A program made the position numbers and the translations under genes. Shown piece after piece: positions 29,277 through 43,171 of a DNA stretch of 64,000 nucleotides; the first letter of the stretch is position 1; each line of letters begins with the position of its first letter. Below the pieces are notes generated by a model. The model was not told where the DNA came from. It was given only the letters and a program-made list of their open reading frames with translations, and did not search any database. Source of the DNA: the human T2T-CHM13v2.0 reference genome, Homo sapiens; the NCBI RefSeq assembly GCF_009914755.1, contig NC_060927.1. One strand, 5' to 3'.

Positions 29277-30543
29277 TATCTTAACCTCTGTTGTTGTAAC
29301 CCCCAATCCCAGCTAGTAATGCAACACAGTTGTGTATGTGTTTGTATCCTAATTCAGTCCTAATATGCTTTCAAATTCATTGTTCTTATAATCAACAACC
29401 ATTAAAAATAAACTCGAAGGAATAACAAACAAAAAGAACAAACAACTTTGAGAGTCCTTGAACACAGAGTGTTCTAGGCCCAGTGGGATTCCAAAATGAG
29501 GACAATAATCCTTCTCTAGTCTGCACCAAATGGTGGTTTACAGTTTTAATTTTTTTTTTTTTTTTTACCTGAGGGTTCTTGTTTCAGGTGAATTACCTCA
29601 GGGAGAAAGCCCATTTTTGATACTCCTAAATCTCCCACTATTTTTTCTAGGTTGTGAAACCTCAATTGCTTTGAAGAGAAGATGGATTAAAATTACAATT
29701 ACATTCATTAGCATATCTAAATGGAAGCATCCTGCCTTACTGTATGTACTCATTAAGAGTGAGCATCAACAGCATTTCAGAACTGGCTGCATTAATTAGA
29801 TGATGGAATCGTGCACATCCTTAGAACTTCTGCACAGGATGGAAAGAGCCTGAAGGTTATGACCTGACTTGGCCACGGCTCTGGGGGGTTTTCTGTCTCT
29901 GTAATTTATATACCCCTCCACAATATAGGCCCTACTCTCATCTGTCATTAAAATAACCATCTTCAGGTTTCATAAGTATGTACTCAAACTTAAATCCTAT
30001 TTTAGAAGAAGAAGAACAGATATCTCTCAAGTAACTCCACATGGAGTTGAGCACATTGGCTGAGGTACTGGTGAGATCATCACAGAAAAAGAAACCCTAT
30101 TCATTTTTTTTCCTTTTGCTCTGGACAGCAACATCCTGGCACTTTTCCAAGCCATGCTGACTAATGGGAAGTCGTAGAGTTCATGTACACCTTCTAATAT
30201 TTGGCTTTGCAAATGTTCTGTGTGACTTCTGCTCAGCATCGTGGTGGACCACTTATTCGTCAGTCCTCATGCTTCCATATGAAGAGCACACTGCTTGAGA
30301 AACCCTCTAGTCCCCTTTCCACTCCCTTACTCCTTCCTACTCTGGGGAGGAGAACTCATTTGATTGGTGAACTTGGGAGAAGGAACGGAGAAGTCTTGGA
30401 GCAGTGCCTTCCTTCCTCTCTGTTTGGAATCCTCTTGTCTATAGAGGGTACTTGTTCTGTCTGTTCTCTGCCATGCCATCAGTATCCATGGGTTATAAAG
30501 ACCTGATGTTTTCAGCTATATCTATGACTACATGTATAAGTCT

Positions 30544-31085
30544 GTTTGGGATCATCCCCCAAAATAGGCTGCCAACAATTCCTCCTCTTCCTGCACATGC
30601 TTACCTATTTTTCTGTCAAGAACTAAAATCTATTTCCCCGCTTCTTAAATCCAGGCTGGACTTCTGATTTATTTACACCAATAAAAGTACCATGGTACTG
30701 ATGCTTTATGAGTTCTAGGTCTAGACCTTAAAAGGCCTGACAGCTTCCATTTTTCCCCTAGTGGAATCTAGTTGCCATGTTGTGTGGAAATCCAGCCTGT
30801 CTTGCCAAAGAGACAAGGAGTGTGAGAGGAAGTTCCACATGAAGGGACCACGTAGAGGACAACCAAATCATCATGGCCAAATCCAGCCCTAAGGCTCCAG
30901 ACATGTAGGGCAGCCCTCTTCGGCCATACAGCCCAGCCTGCCTGCCACCTGGATGCAGCCAATATGAGTGACTCCATCAACACCACACGGAGTAGAACAG
31001 CCCAGTCAACCTATGGAGTCATTAGAAGTAATGAAACATTAACACTCTAAGCTTTCGAATTTGTTACATAGCAATAGATAACTCA
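30544..31085 (+). mobile_element. MLT1G/H/F-like MaLR LTR
   Basis: ctagaccttaaaaggcctgacagcttcc...ggctccagacatgt...atgagtgactcca...tgttacatagcaatagataac. Confidence 0.75.
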
Positions 31086-31714
31086 TCATTTTTGTAAATT
31101 CATGAAATTTTAGAGGTGATGACTCAGCAAGCCCAAGTGGGCACACACATAAATCATATTCTCCAAATAGCTTTATTAGTAATTAAGATGATAGTTTAAT
31201 GTCCATCTTCTCCTCCTGGGCCTGCTTATCCATTGAGTCAGAACTCTGGAGAGGAGAACTGACTGGCTAAGACTCCTTAACTAGAAAATACTTTTTTTAT
31301 CTACCTAAAAACCTATGTGTCCTGTAAGAGTCAGCCCAGCCCAAACGTCACCTCAAAAAGAACTTACCTGATGCAGATCCCTCCTGTCTGTATTTTCCCG
31401 GAGTATGAGTTCATCACAGCACATGCTTGCACTTTGTGTTTGACGTTACTCCATACTCATTGAAGTCAGGGGATAGGTTTTATCTGAATTTACCTCACCA
31501 CCCTCACAAACATGCCTAATCCAACATTACAGTTAATAAGCACTTCTCTTATGTAATACCTGAGAAAATTTGTCTGGTTTGCTTCAGTTAAGAGTATGAA
31601 GCTTCTTCACTCTCCCAATCCTTGTTTTTCTAAAAAGTTTTTTTTTGATGTTTTGGTCTCTATATAAAACAATATAAATTATCAGAAGATGAATTATATA
31701 TTTGGTGTACAGTT

Positions 31715-31870
31715 TGGCGAGGTGGAACAAGCACTAGCTTTTGGATGGAGTTAAGTCTCAAACTTATTTCTGGTAGCTTTTGCTTACGTGGAATTGGGTG
31801 ACCACTTTCCGTTTCTGAGCTCTAATCTCCTCATTGTAACTTGGGAATAATTACTGGTAGACTTTCAGTA
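31715..31870 (+). mobile_element. MIR
   Basis: ggaacaagcactagcttt...tttctgagctctaatctcctcattgtaacttgggaataa. Confidence 0.55.
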
Positions 31871-32123
31871 ATAGAGTTTTTAAACAGTTTTATTGAGATA
31901 TAGTTCAAATACAATACAATTTACCCATTTGGCATGCACAATCACCACAATCTCACAATCTGATTTTGAAATATTCCTGTAACCCTATACCCATTAGCAG
32001 CCACTCCCCATTTCCCCATTTCTCTTAACACTGAGCAACCACTAAACTACCTTCCTTCTCTATAGAATTGTCTATTCTGATAATTTATAAACATTCAATC
32101 CTACAATATATGATCTTTTGTGA

Positions 32124-32442
<319 letters not shown>

Positions 32443-32811
32443 CTGTGACCATATTTTTTCACTTAACAGAATGCTTTCGAGGTTCATCATATTGTAGCTT
32501 GTATTAGTACTTCATTCCATTTTACTGCTGAATAATATATTGTTGTGTGGCTATAGCACATTCTTGTTGTCCGTTTATCAGTTGACGGACATTTGGGTGG
32601 TTTCCACTTTTTGGCTGCTATAAACTGTGCTTCCATCAACATTTGTGTATAAGATTTTATGTGTACATACGTTTTCATTTCTTGTAGATATATACATAGG
32701 GTTATATAATAGGAGTGGAACTGTAGTATATGAGTGTTCCCATTTCTCCTCATCAACACTTATTATTGTCTGCCTTTTAGCTTTAGTCATTCTAGTGGAT
32801 GTGAAGTGGTA

Positions 32812-33391
32812 GAGGCATACCATCAAGATAGCATGGGTTCAGTCCCAGACCACCATGATAAAGTGAATATTGCAATAAACTAAGTCACACAATTTTCTTG
32901 GTTTCCTGGTGCATGTAAAAGATATGTTTACACTATACTGTAGTCCATGAAGTGTATAATAGCATTATAGCTAACCCTTTTACTTGAATACTGAGAGGCC
33001 ATTGTAGGGTTATTAATTGGCCTTGTTTCAATATTATTGTGTCCCAGGGAATAGGAGGCCTGAAAAGAAAGAGAGAAATGGAGAATGGCTTGTCAGTGGA
33101 GCAGTTGGAACACATAACAACATTTGTCAATTAAGTTTCCTGTCCTGTATGGGTGGTTCCTGGTATCCCCCAAACCATTACAATGGTAACATCAAACATG
33201 ACTGATAACAGATAGAATAATAATTTAAAAGTTCAAAATATTGCAAGAAATACAAAAATGTGATACAGAGACATGAAGTGAGCTCGTGCTTTTGGAAAAA
33301 TAGTGCCAATAAACTTGCTGGATGAAGGCTTGCCACAACTCTTTGAAGCAGCATGAAGCAAAACATAGTAAAATGAGTGAGGTATGCCCTC
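32812..33391 (-). mobile_element. Internally deleted Tigger1 (TcMar)
   Basis: TIRs aggcatacc...ggtatgcc flanked by TA; gggttcagtcccagaccacc...ataaagtgaatattgcaataaa. Confidence 0.88.
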
Positions 33392-34009
33392 TATTTTATT
33401 GTGGTTTTGATTTGTATTTCCATAATGAATAATTATGTTGAGCATCTTTTCATGTGCCTATTATCATTCACAGATTTTTTTTCTGGAGAACATCTATTTG
33501 TATCTGTTGCCTATTTTAAAAATTGGGTTATTTGTTTTTTTATTGTTGAGTTGTAAGATTTCTTAATTTATTCTAGATATAATTCTCTTATTAGATACAA
33601 AATTTGCAAACATTTCTTCACACTCCATAAGGTATCTTTGCACTTTCTTGATGGTATCCTTTGGGGCACAAAAGTTTTTAATTTTGGCAAATTCCAATTT
33701 GTATATTTTTTCTTTTTTCACTATTGTTTTGGTGTTTTATTTTGCCTAACTCATGTTCATAAAAAATTATTTCTCTATTTTATTCTAAGAGTTGTATGGT
33801 TTTAGCTCTTAGAACCCATTCTGAGTTAATTTTTTGAGAAAAGGGTCCAACTTCATTCTTTTGAGTGTGACTATCCAGTTATCCAACACCATCTGTTGTA
33901 AAGATTATCATTTCCTCATTGAATTATCTTAGCACCCTTGTAAAAAATCAATTGACGGTAAATATTAGGGTTTATTTCTGGACTTTCAATTCTGCTCCAT
34001 TACCTGACT

Positions 34010-37000
34010 CTATTTTAGATTTACACTGACATTGTTCCTGTGAAATTCTCTTTTCTTTTCTGTGCTATGATTGTTACACATATTATGTCCATATATGTTT
34101 TAAGCACAATACATTGTTATAATAGTGTTTTCTAAATAAATTCCAAAGAGAAATGAGAACAAGTATATATTAGAGGAGACTGTTATGTTAGCCTTCTTCT
34201 TTATCTTTTTCATCCCTTCATTTATTCCTGTGGATATTAGTTATAACCTGGTATTATTTTCTTACTCCAATATAACTATGCTCCTGCCCACCTCCTTTGT
34301 GCTGCTGTCATCAAGTATATTATACATGCTATGGGCCCAACAATACAATTATATACATATTGCTTTATGCTAGATCATTATCTTTACTACCATGCTTTGT
34401 TTTTTCATGTCTGAAGAAATTTCTTTAAAACTCCTTCTAAGACAGATTTGCTAGCAACAGATTCTCTCAGTTTTTGTTTATCTTGGAATGTATTTGTTTC
34501 ACTTTCATTTTTTAAAGATAATTTTGCTGGAAATAAGATTCTTGGGGTTGGAAATTTTTTTAATTTTTAGTAAGTTTTTTCTTTTTTTGTTAAAGTTGTA
34601 TTTTAGGTTCAGGGGTGCATGTGCAGACTTGTTATATAGGTAAACTCATCTCATGGGGGTTTGTTGTACAGATTATTTCATCACCCATGTACTACGGCTA
34701 GTATCCAATAATTAATTTTTCTGATCCTCTCCCTCCTCCCACCCTTCACTCTTATGTAAAACTCAGTGTCTGTTGTTGCCCTCTTTGTGTCCATGAGTTC
34801 TCATCATTTAGCTCCCACTTACAAGTAAGAACATGTGGTATCTGGTTTTATGTTCCTGCATTAGTTTCCTAAGGACAATGGCCTCCAGCTCCATCCATGT
34901 TCCCATGAAAGACATGATTTCACTCTTTTTTATGGCTGCACAGTATTCCATGGTGTAGACATGCCACATTTTCTTTATCCAATCTGCCATTGGTGGTCAT
35001 TTAGGTTGATTTCATATCTTTGAACTTTTAGCATTTTAAATTGCCTTTTGACATCCATTGTTCCTGATGAGAAGTCAACTATTAATCTTCAGGTATCACT
35101 TTTACATGATGATCACTTTTATCTCTTACTCTTTTCAAAATTTTCTCCTTGTTTTTAATCTTTCAACATTTTAACTATGATGTATAGATACAGTTGTGGG
35201 TATACAGGTGTGGATTTCTTTACATTTTTCCTACTTAGAGTTTCTTGAACTTTGGGGTATGTGCAGATTAATGTTTTTCATCAAATTTAGGAAGATTTCA
35301 GCCTTTATTACTTCAAATTCTTTTGTTTGTACTTTCCCTCTCCCCTCTTGTAGTGGTATTCCCATTAAGCTTATGTTAGTGCACTTGAAAATGTCTGATA
35401 TTTCTCTGGGACTCTGCTCATTTTTATTTATTCTTTTTTTCCTCTGTGTTCTTCAGATTGCATAATCTCTACTGATCTATCTTTAGGCTTTCTAATTCTC
35501 TTTTCTGCCAGCTCCAATCTATTGTCAATCCCCTCTAGTGATTTACAATTTTGCTTATTTTACTCTTCAACTACACAATTACCATTTGACTCATTTAAAA
35601 AATATAATAATTTTGTCTTTTTGTTGCTATGCTCTATTTGATACGACATTATGATCTCATCAAGATATGATGAGATATACCTTTCTTTTATGCTTTAAGC
35701 ATAGTTTCCTTTAGTTCTTTAAACATGTTATAATGGCTACATTTTTGTCTTTTTAAAATCTGACATCTTGTTCCTTTCACAGGCAGCTTCTGTTTGCTGC
35801 TTTTTTTCTGTGTATGGGTCATGCTTTCCTATTTATTTGTATGTCTCATGAGTTTTTACTGGAAACTAGACATTTTAGATAATATATTGTAGATACTTTG
35901 GTTATTGACTTTCCTGCTCCAGGAGTTGTTACTGTGTTTGCTTGACCCTTTGTTTATTTGTTTAGTAACTTAGATGAACTAAATCTGTGAAGTCTATTTC
36001 CACAGTGTGCAGTCTTATTTACATGTTTCTCCTCAGAGGGTGCAGCCTTGGGCATGTGTATTGTCATGATCCTGTCCGCCACACCCGCACACCTTCAGTG
36101 GTGATCATGATTTTATCCTGGCTCTTTGATTGTCTCTTTGCCTGATTTTCCTGTTAAGCTTCTGGCTGGTCTGCCTGTATTGGTATCACACACAGCTCTT
36201 AGTGTCCATGAATTCCTAGCTTATTGCTCTATTGTTTTCAACAATGCCTGGGGCATAAGTTGCTCCATTGTCCAATCCAATTAACCATGGGTTTGCACAG
36301 ATATTATTCGTGGCCTGTCTTTTAGACTTTCTCAGATCACTAGAGTGTTCTTCTTAGTTAACTATTTTCTTATTAAGCTTCTGGCTAGTCTCCACTTCAC
36401 TTGTTGATATCATGAAGCTACTAGACTTCTTTTAATTTCTCATCACTAAAATCTCCACTGTTTTCAACAATGACCTAAGGTTTGAATTTCCCTATGCTCT
36501 AATCCAAATAAAGCTGGTCACTTTATGGAGAGCTATGGACCTCTCTGCTCTTACAGCCTGCCCTCCCCGTGGACAGAACGTCAGGATTATTGCTCCGGAG
36601 TTAAAAAATGGAAAGTGCCCAGCTTCTTTAAGGGTGACATCCCTACTCTATTAGGGGGTCATTGGTTCTAGGAGGTATCTCTGTTAGTGAGCTGAGGTAA
36701 GAGTAAAGAGGTCTCAGTACTCTTAAGTTGCACACATATTGGACAAAGCTCCACCATACAAGTGGGGACTGGGCAGAAAAAGGGAGCCCTAAAACTCCAG
36801 GCCACACTTGCCTTGAACACAGCTTCTGCCAGCTAAAGCTTGGAGAGAGGAAAAATACTGGTGTCCTGATGCTCCAGGGAAGAAGTCATGGCCCTAGACT
36901 GAGAGCTAAGAGGAGGCAGAGCCCTGTGATTTTGTTTAAAGCCACCAGGAGTAGAGCTTCCACCACACTCAACTGGAGTCAGGTGGGGCTGGGGCAGGGA

Positions 37001-37205
37001 GGAGATCTGGTCATGGTTCAGTGTCACAGACTTACTAGTTTTACCAAGATTTGGTAATTTTTTCTTGAATAAAATGTTTCTCCATTTTCTGCATGCCCTT
37101 AGCATAAAATTTCTAGAGACCTTAATTTTTTTCTTAAAAAACTTTGACCAGGTAGGTTGTTCCACTGAAGAGGGCATCTACACAGCTCCTCACATTGCCA
37201 CTTCA
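34010..37205 (-). mobile_element. Old L1M (L1MC/MD-like) ORF2/ORF1/5' region
   Basis: ttctctcagtttttgtttatcttggaatg...tgatgagaagtca...tttttcatcaaatttaggaagatttcagcc..., with a 5'UTR-like end near 37200. Confidence 0.7.
34574..35022 (-). mobile_element. 5'-truncated L1PA13-16-like 3' end nested in L1M
   Basis: ttttaggttcaggggtgcatgtgcag...; ORF 34808-34990 WIKKMWHVYTMEY...HMFLLVSGS is the L1 ORF2 C-terminus. Confidence 0.9.
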
Positions 37206-37407
37206 ATTTTGTAATAGATTTATGTTTAGCTTAGTATAAGTTCAATATTTTTCCAAAGTCTTGCTCAGAATGGAAATTTCGTATTCATTTAAATCTTAAT
37301 GCAAATATGATGTATTCTTTTTCTTTCTATCTATACATGGTTAGAGTCAAGAATATGAAATCTTCAAAGATCATAAACAGATTGACCAATTAAAAATTGG
37401 GGGAATT

Positions 37408-37569
37408 TAGCCAGGTGTGGTGGTACATGCATGTAGACCCAATTACTCAGGGGGCTGAGGCAGGAGGATCACTTAAGCCCAAGAGTTTGAGGCTGTAGTG
37501 AGCTATGATATTGCCACTGCATTCCAGTCTGAGCAAGAGAATGAGACCACATCTCTGAAAAAAAAAAAA
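37408..37569 (+). mobile_element. FRAM/AluJ right monomer
   Basis: agccaggtgtggtgg...aggaggatcacttaagcccaagagtttgaggctgtagtgagctatgat...poly-A. Confidence 0.88.
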
Positions 37570-38895
37570 CCTGGAAGGGAATATCCAGAGATATATAGAG
37601 GAAGAATATCATTATCCTCACAGAAATGATGTAATTTATAATGCCAAAGTAAACTACATAAAACTGAATTAATCTATGTTCCAGTCTAAAACTGAGATAC
37701 ACTTTAAAAATTAATCCCACATTTAATTTGAAATGCAATTTAAATTGGAAATGTGGAAAGAGGATATCGTTTGATATCATCATGTTTTTAAGTTCTTGTA
37801 CCTTAATATCTATTTCTTTTATGTCGGTTAGGTTCTCAGTCTCTCTGGGACATTCTCTGAATGTCCTCCTTCTTACCCTTTATTTCTCCCCCACCACAAA
37901 CACACACAACCCAATCGGCATTGGCTTTTGTCTTCTCCACTCTGGTTTTTTCCTATTTGTATCTGTTAATTTCTCTTCTGCCGCTAACCCTCTGTTTTCA
38001 ATTTTCAGTGACTTACTGTTCTCTCTCTCAATTACTTTCATGATTCTCCACAAGAAACACTCAGAATCCAAGTTAGCAGACACAGATTTCTCGTTAACAG
38101 TGTTGTGGGAAAAAGATATTTTGAATACCTAGATGTTAAGTTTTTGTTTTCTATTCACTAGAAGAAAAGACTGCCAATACTAAAATCCTTCTGTATTAGT
38201 AAAAATGGCAATCATGGAATAATGAGCTGGTACCCTCCCACGGAATACTGCCAAAAAAATCTTTGCTTTAACCTTTCTCACTTATTCTCTTCTCAGCCAT
38301 TTTGGAAAACTAAGACATCTTACCAGACACTTCAATAGTACATATTTTATAAAAATTAAATTAACTGACTAGCATATAAGTCACTTCTTTAGTAGCTGCT
38401 CAATAAATGTTAATTTTCTTTCTATTTTCTGCTTACTACTGGGCAATTCAGCCTGTGCATACAGAATGGGAAAGTGCCACACTCCCTTCTGTAGGCTTCT
38501 ACTGGTTCCTTTTGATTTTCCTGAACATATGAAAATATGCCTAGAATGCTGGCAATGATTTTCTAGGATTAGCAGTTGAGAAAAGAATCTTCTGACAGTG
38601 GCTTAGGGTTATTCACTAACATATTTACTGTGCAGATGTACATTGGTAGATTTCAAGAAAGAACTGATGCAGTGTTCTACATTTGCATTAATTAACACAA
38701 CACTGGCAAGTGGCACTGTGCAGCATGTAAAAAATATTTTAACTCACTATTGTTTACATTGACCTCTTAAAAATATAAAATGGAAATATTTTCCTTACCA
38801 AGATAGTTTTCCCTCTGCATTATGAGCATTCTGTTTTTTCATTGGAGGTTTTATCCTGCTTTCTGTCTCATAAAGTTAAAAATTAAACATAGAGA

Positions 38896-38946
38896 ATGAT
38901 AGATAATAGTTAGATCATAGGTAGATCATAGATAGATAGACAGACA
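38896..38946 (+). repeat. Degenerate (GATA)n
   Basis: gatagataatagttagatcataggtagatcatagatagatagacagaca. Confidence 0.7.
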
Positions 38947-40280
38947 AACTTATTTTGAAGTTCTGAAACACTATTTTTATATAAAATACTGGTATCTAAA
39001 ATATAGTCTGGGCTGTAGAATTTCTGTTCCCCAAATGTACACAGAATAGTATCTATGAAGAAAGTTGGTCTAGACTCTACAGAGCTATAAAAACAACCCA
39101 TTATATGCAGACCATCACCACTACCATTATCAATGCTACTGCCACTGGCATCACCACCACCACTACCCCGAACCCCTATCTCACACCAAGTAAGTTGCTG
39201 CATAAAGGTGACTCAAGGGAAGCCCTCTTGTCAAATGCATAGTCTGTATCTATCTAGCTCAGCTAAAATGGAGAAATGCCAATTATCTGGTTAAATTTGA
39301 TCAGTGGAGGCAATCAAATATGTGTTATATACATGTCTGAAGGATCTTGCTTGGCTTTGATAGTTGACATATCTCTACTTCAATACAATATAATGTGCCA
39401 TGAAATTTTCCCCTACATATCTTCCAAAATATTTCGAGAGAATACTGGAGAATTTATGAAAAGAAGTTTGGATTAAAATGGTATATTCTGTCCATATGTA
39501 GCTGGAAGGTGAAGGAGCTATCAGGGAAGAAAATTAGAATCTAGGATAGAAAGAATAAAAAAGGAAGGTGCTGTGAAAATCTTAAAAGATTGAGAAAACA
39601 AAGGATCATAAGAACAGAGTGGAAATCACAGAGGAAAAGGATCTGGCAGGTCATAGAAATAATCTCATCCATTGAGTCAAGCAACATCTTCAAATTTGCA
39701 TATTACCTTAGAGTAGCAAAGAGGACCTGAAAGTGTGCAAGTAACTACCATGGAACAAAAATTCTTATTTTGTGATAACTTTGTGGGTTTGTGCTGTCTT
39801 GTCTTATGTCGACATGCATAGATACCCTATGTTGTAAAGGAACTTTCAAAGAACTGTTTGGCCAAATACTAATTTTGCTGAACATATATAGTTGTTTTAC
39901 TAAAAGAGTGAAATCATCAGAAAAATTAGTGAAACGCTTAAACAAGTGTAATTTTCTGCAGAAAGTCTCAGGGCCTTGTGATTAGTGAATTTTCTAAAAA
40001 GAATTGGGAAGTAAGTACGTCAGGTATCTTTGACCAGGAACATTTTTTTCCTGGAGCTTCTCCTCATAGGATAAAAGAATGTTGTCTAAGTGGCAAAGCC
40101 TGAACAGGGAGTGTTTATTGAGGTACGGTATTCTAATATTTTAAATGAGTGAGAGCAGGATAGTACAGTAGGTTGCTCATCAGTAAGCAGGAGAAGGAAA
40201 AAATATGCATCATATATACATACAAATGTATGTGTGTATATATATATTTTTTTAATGTGGATGATCTAAAACAAAAATAC

Positions 40281-40760
40281 TGTATTAGTCAGGGTTCTCT
40301 AGAGGGACAGAGATAATAGGATAGATGCATATGTAAAGGGGAGTTTGTTAAGGATATTAACTCACAGGATCACAAGGTCCCACAACAGGCTGTCTGGATG
40401 CTGAGGAACAAGGAAGCCAGTCTGAGTCCCAAAATTGTAAAGCTTGGAGTCTGATGTTCGAGGGCAGGAAGCATTCAGCACAGGAGAAAGATGTAGGCTG
40501 GGAGGCTAAGCCAGTCTAGCCTTTTCATGTTCTTCTGCTTGCTTTTATTCTGGCCATGCTGACAGCTGATTAGATTGTGCCCACCCAGATTGAGGGTGGG
40601 TCTGCTAGATTGTGCCCACCCAGATTGAGGGTGGGTCTGCCTTTCCCAGTCCACTGACTTAAATGTTAATCTTCTTTGCAATACCCTCATAGACACACCC
40701 AGGAACGAGATTTTGCATCCTTCAATCCAATCAAGTTGATTCTCAGTATTAACCATCACA
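40281..40760 (-). mobile_element. MLT2A1/MLT2A2 (HERV-L) solo LTR no. 1
   Basis: tgtattagtcagggttctctagagggacag...caatccaatcaagttgattctcagtattaaccatcaca; TSD aatac/gatac. Confidence 0.93.
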
Positions 40761-41329
40761 GATACCTTAAACAATTTGGCAGTGATACATCATTGCTAAG
40801 GGCAATATACATGTGGGACCTTTTCTTTCAGACTTTGTCCTTTGAAGAAATAGCCTCATCTCACAGCAGGGGCAACTTTAAGAAATGATGGAATGCCTAA
40901 GTAATTTTCTTTAGTGGACATTTTCCTCATCCATTGTCACTCATTCATTCATTCCTTCATTCAAAAATTTGTTAGGCACTTCCTTTGTGCCTGACAGTTA
41001 GTATATATATTTTCACAAAGTCAATCTACAAATTTAGGAATGACAGATCCTTGTGATACATGAAGCCACATCTATCTAGACACTTGATTTCAGAGCAGTT
41101 TGGACTGACGATTACCAGCATCCCATTTAGAACCTGAGTTCTAGCGACAGAACCCTGGTTGCTTACAGTGGGAACCATACTATCAATGTACTTTTTTTGT
41201 TTTTCTTACTTTCTCCCTTTCCTGTCTCACTTTCTCAACTCCCTCACAGTGCTTCCTAAGATCACCTCTCAAATTAACTACTAGCAAGATGCACTTTTGA
41301 ATGAACAGAATTAAGGCTTATGCCATGAC

Positions 41330-43154
41330 TGAAGATGTTTTCAATGACCCTGTTTCTAAATAAGGTCACATTCTGAGGTACTGGGAATTAGGACTTCAAC
41401 ATATATATTTTAGGGCATACACATCAACCCATAACAGTCTACCTTGTGGCCCCTCAAAATTCCTGTTCTTCTCACACGCAAAATACATCCACTCCATCTC
41501 AGCATCCCGCAAAGTCTTTACCCATTCTAGGATCAACTCGAAGTCTAAAATCTCATCTACATAACATCTACATCAGTTATAGATGAGACTTGGGGTATGA
41601 TTTATCCTGGGGCAAAATTCTCCCCCATCTGTGAACCTGTAAAACCAGGCAATATCTACTTCCAAAATTCAGTGTTGAGATAGACACAGAATTGCCATTT
41701 CCATTCTAAAAGGGAAAAATCAGAAGGGAAGAAGAGGTCTTGGATCCCAAGACCAATGAAGCTTAGTAAGGTTCATTCCATTAGATTTTAAGATTTGAGA
41801 ACAATCTTCTTTGGCTCAATGCTTTATGATACAGGCCCATCAGAGTGGTGGCCCTACCCCACTCAGCCCTAGGTGGTAGCCCTGCTTCTCATATTTGGGC
41901 AGTGGCCCTGCCCTCTACAACTGAGGGTGACTCAGTCCTCTGAAACAGGAGGATCCAGCCCTTGAGCCACCTTTGGCATCATTATTTCTTCATTTTGTCC
42001 CATCTCTGTTCCATTCCATCCAAGCTGACAATGTTTCTGCTGGTATAAAATTCTCAAAAACTTTGTTGGCCTCCTGTGCAATTCATGGGGGTCCAAGCCA
42101 TCAGAAAAAAAGAATCCTCCACAGATTATTCCTGGATAACTGCACCTCTATTTCTGGCTTCTGCTGAGATGGTTGATTGGATTCATGAGTCACAAGCCTA
42201 ATTTCTTTAGCAAACGGTTGTCTAGCCACATCCTTGGCATTCTCTCCAAAGCAAGCTTTCTCATTTCTGCAATATGGATAGTCTGAGAATTTTCCAAATC
42301 TTCAAGTACTGGTTCCTGTTTTCTTAACAATACCTTCTTCAATTTATCTCTGTCCTCTCACATTTTACTATAAGCAACAAGAAGAAACCAGGCCACACCT
42401 TGAACAGTTTGCATAGAAATATCGTCAGTTAATATCCAAGTTTATTATGTTTAAGTTCTACTTTCCACAAACATAGAACACAGTTCAGCCAAGTTCTCTG
42501 CAACTTTATAACAAGGATCTCTTTTCATCTCGTCCCCAATAACATGTTATTCATTTCCATCTGAGACCTTACAAGAAGTACCTTTAAGGTTCATATTTGT
42601 ACCAACAATCTAGAGCAGTCTGGGCTTATTCTATTGTGCATTTTTCTTCCAACCTCTACTCTTTACTAAATTCCAAAGCCATTTCTACATTTTTAAGTCC
42701 TTGTTACAGCAACACCCATTTCTTAGTACAGAAGTCTGTATTAGTTTGCTAGGGCTGCTGCATCAAAGTGCCACAAACTGGGTGGCTTCAACAACAGAAG
42801 TTTATTGTCTTATAGTACTGGAGGCTAGATGTCCAAAAGCAAGTTGTTGGCAGGGTTGGTTACTTCTGAGGGTTGCGAGAGAAGAATCTGTTCCAGGCCT
42901 CTCTGCTTGGCCTCTAGATAGCTACCTTCATGTTCACTTGGCATTCTGCTGGTATATGTGCTTGTGTCCAAATTTTCCTCTAAGGGGGTGACACCACTCA
43001 TATTGGATGAGAAATCCATATATTCCAGTGTGACTCCATATTAACTAACTACATCTGCAATAATGTTATTTTCAAATAAGGTCACATTCTGAGGTACTGG
43101 TGGTGAGAGCAGCAATATATGAATTTTTCATAAGACAAAATTACACTCCTAATA
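41330..43154 (-). mobile_element. MaLR provirus remnant: MLT1B-like 5' LTR (42737-43154), MLT1-int (41437-42736), partial 3' LTR (about 41330-41436)
   Basis: Both LTR pieces share aaataaggtcacattctgaggtactgg. The internal part carries caaaatacatccactccatc...aaagtct and ttccaaagccatttctacatttt...gcaacacccatttcttagtac. Confidence 0.82.
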
Positions 43155-43171
43155 ATGTTGATGACTGAAAC

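Noticed and set aside
34808-34990. ORF with clear protein similarity (also 32487-32759)
   Set aside because: These are C-terminal remnants of L1 ORF2 in truncated, dead elements, not host genes.
35654-35676. 9-bp hairpin atctcatca-agata-tgatgagat in L1
   Set aside because: A stem this short is within chance expectation for a window of this size.
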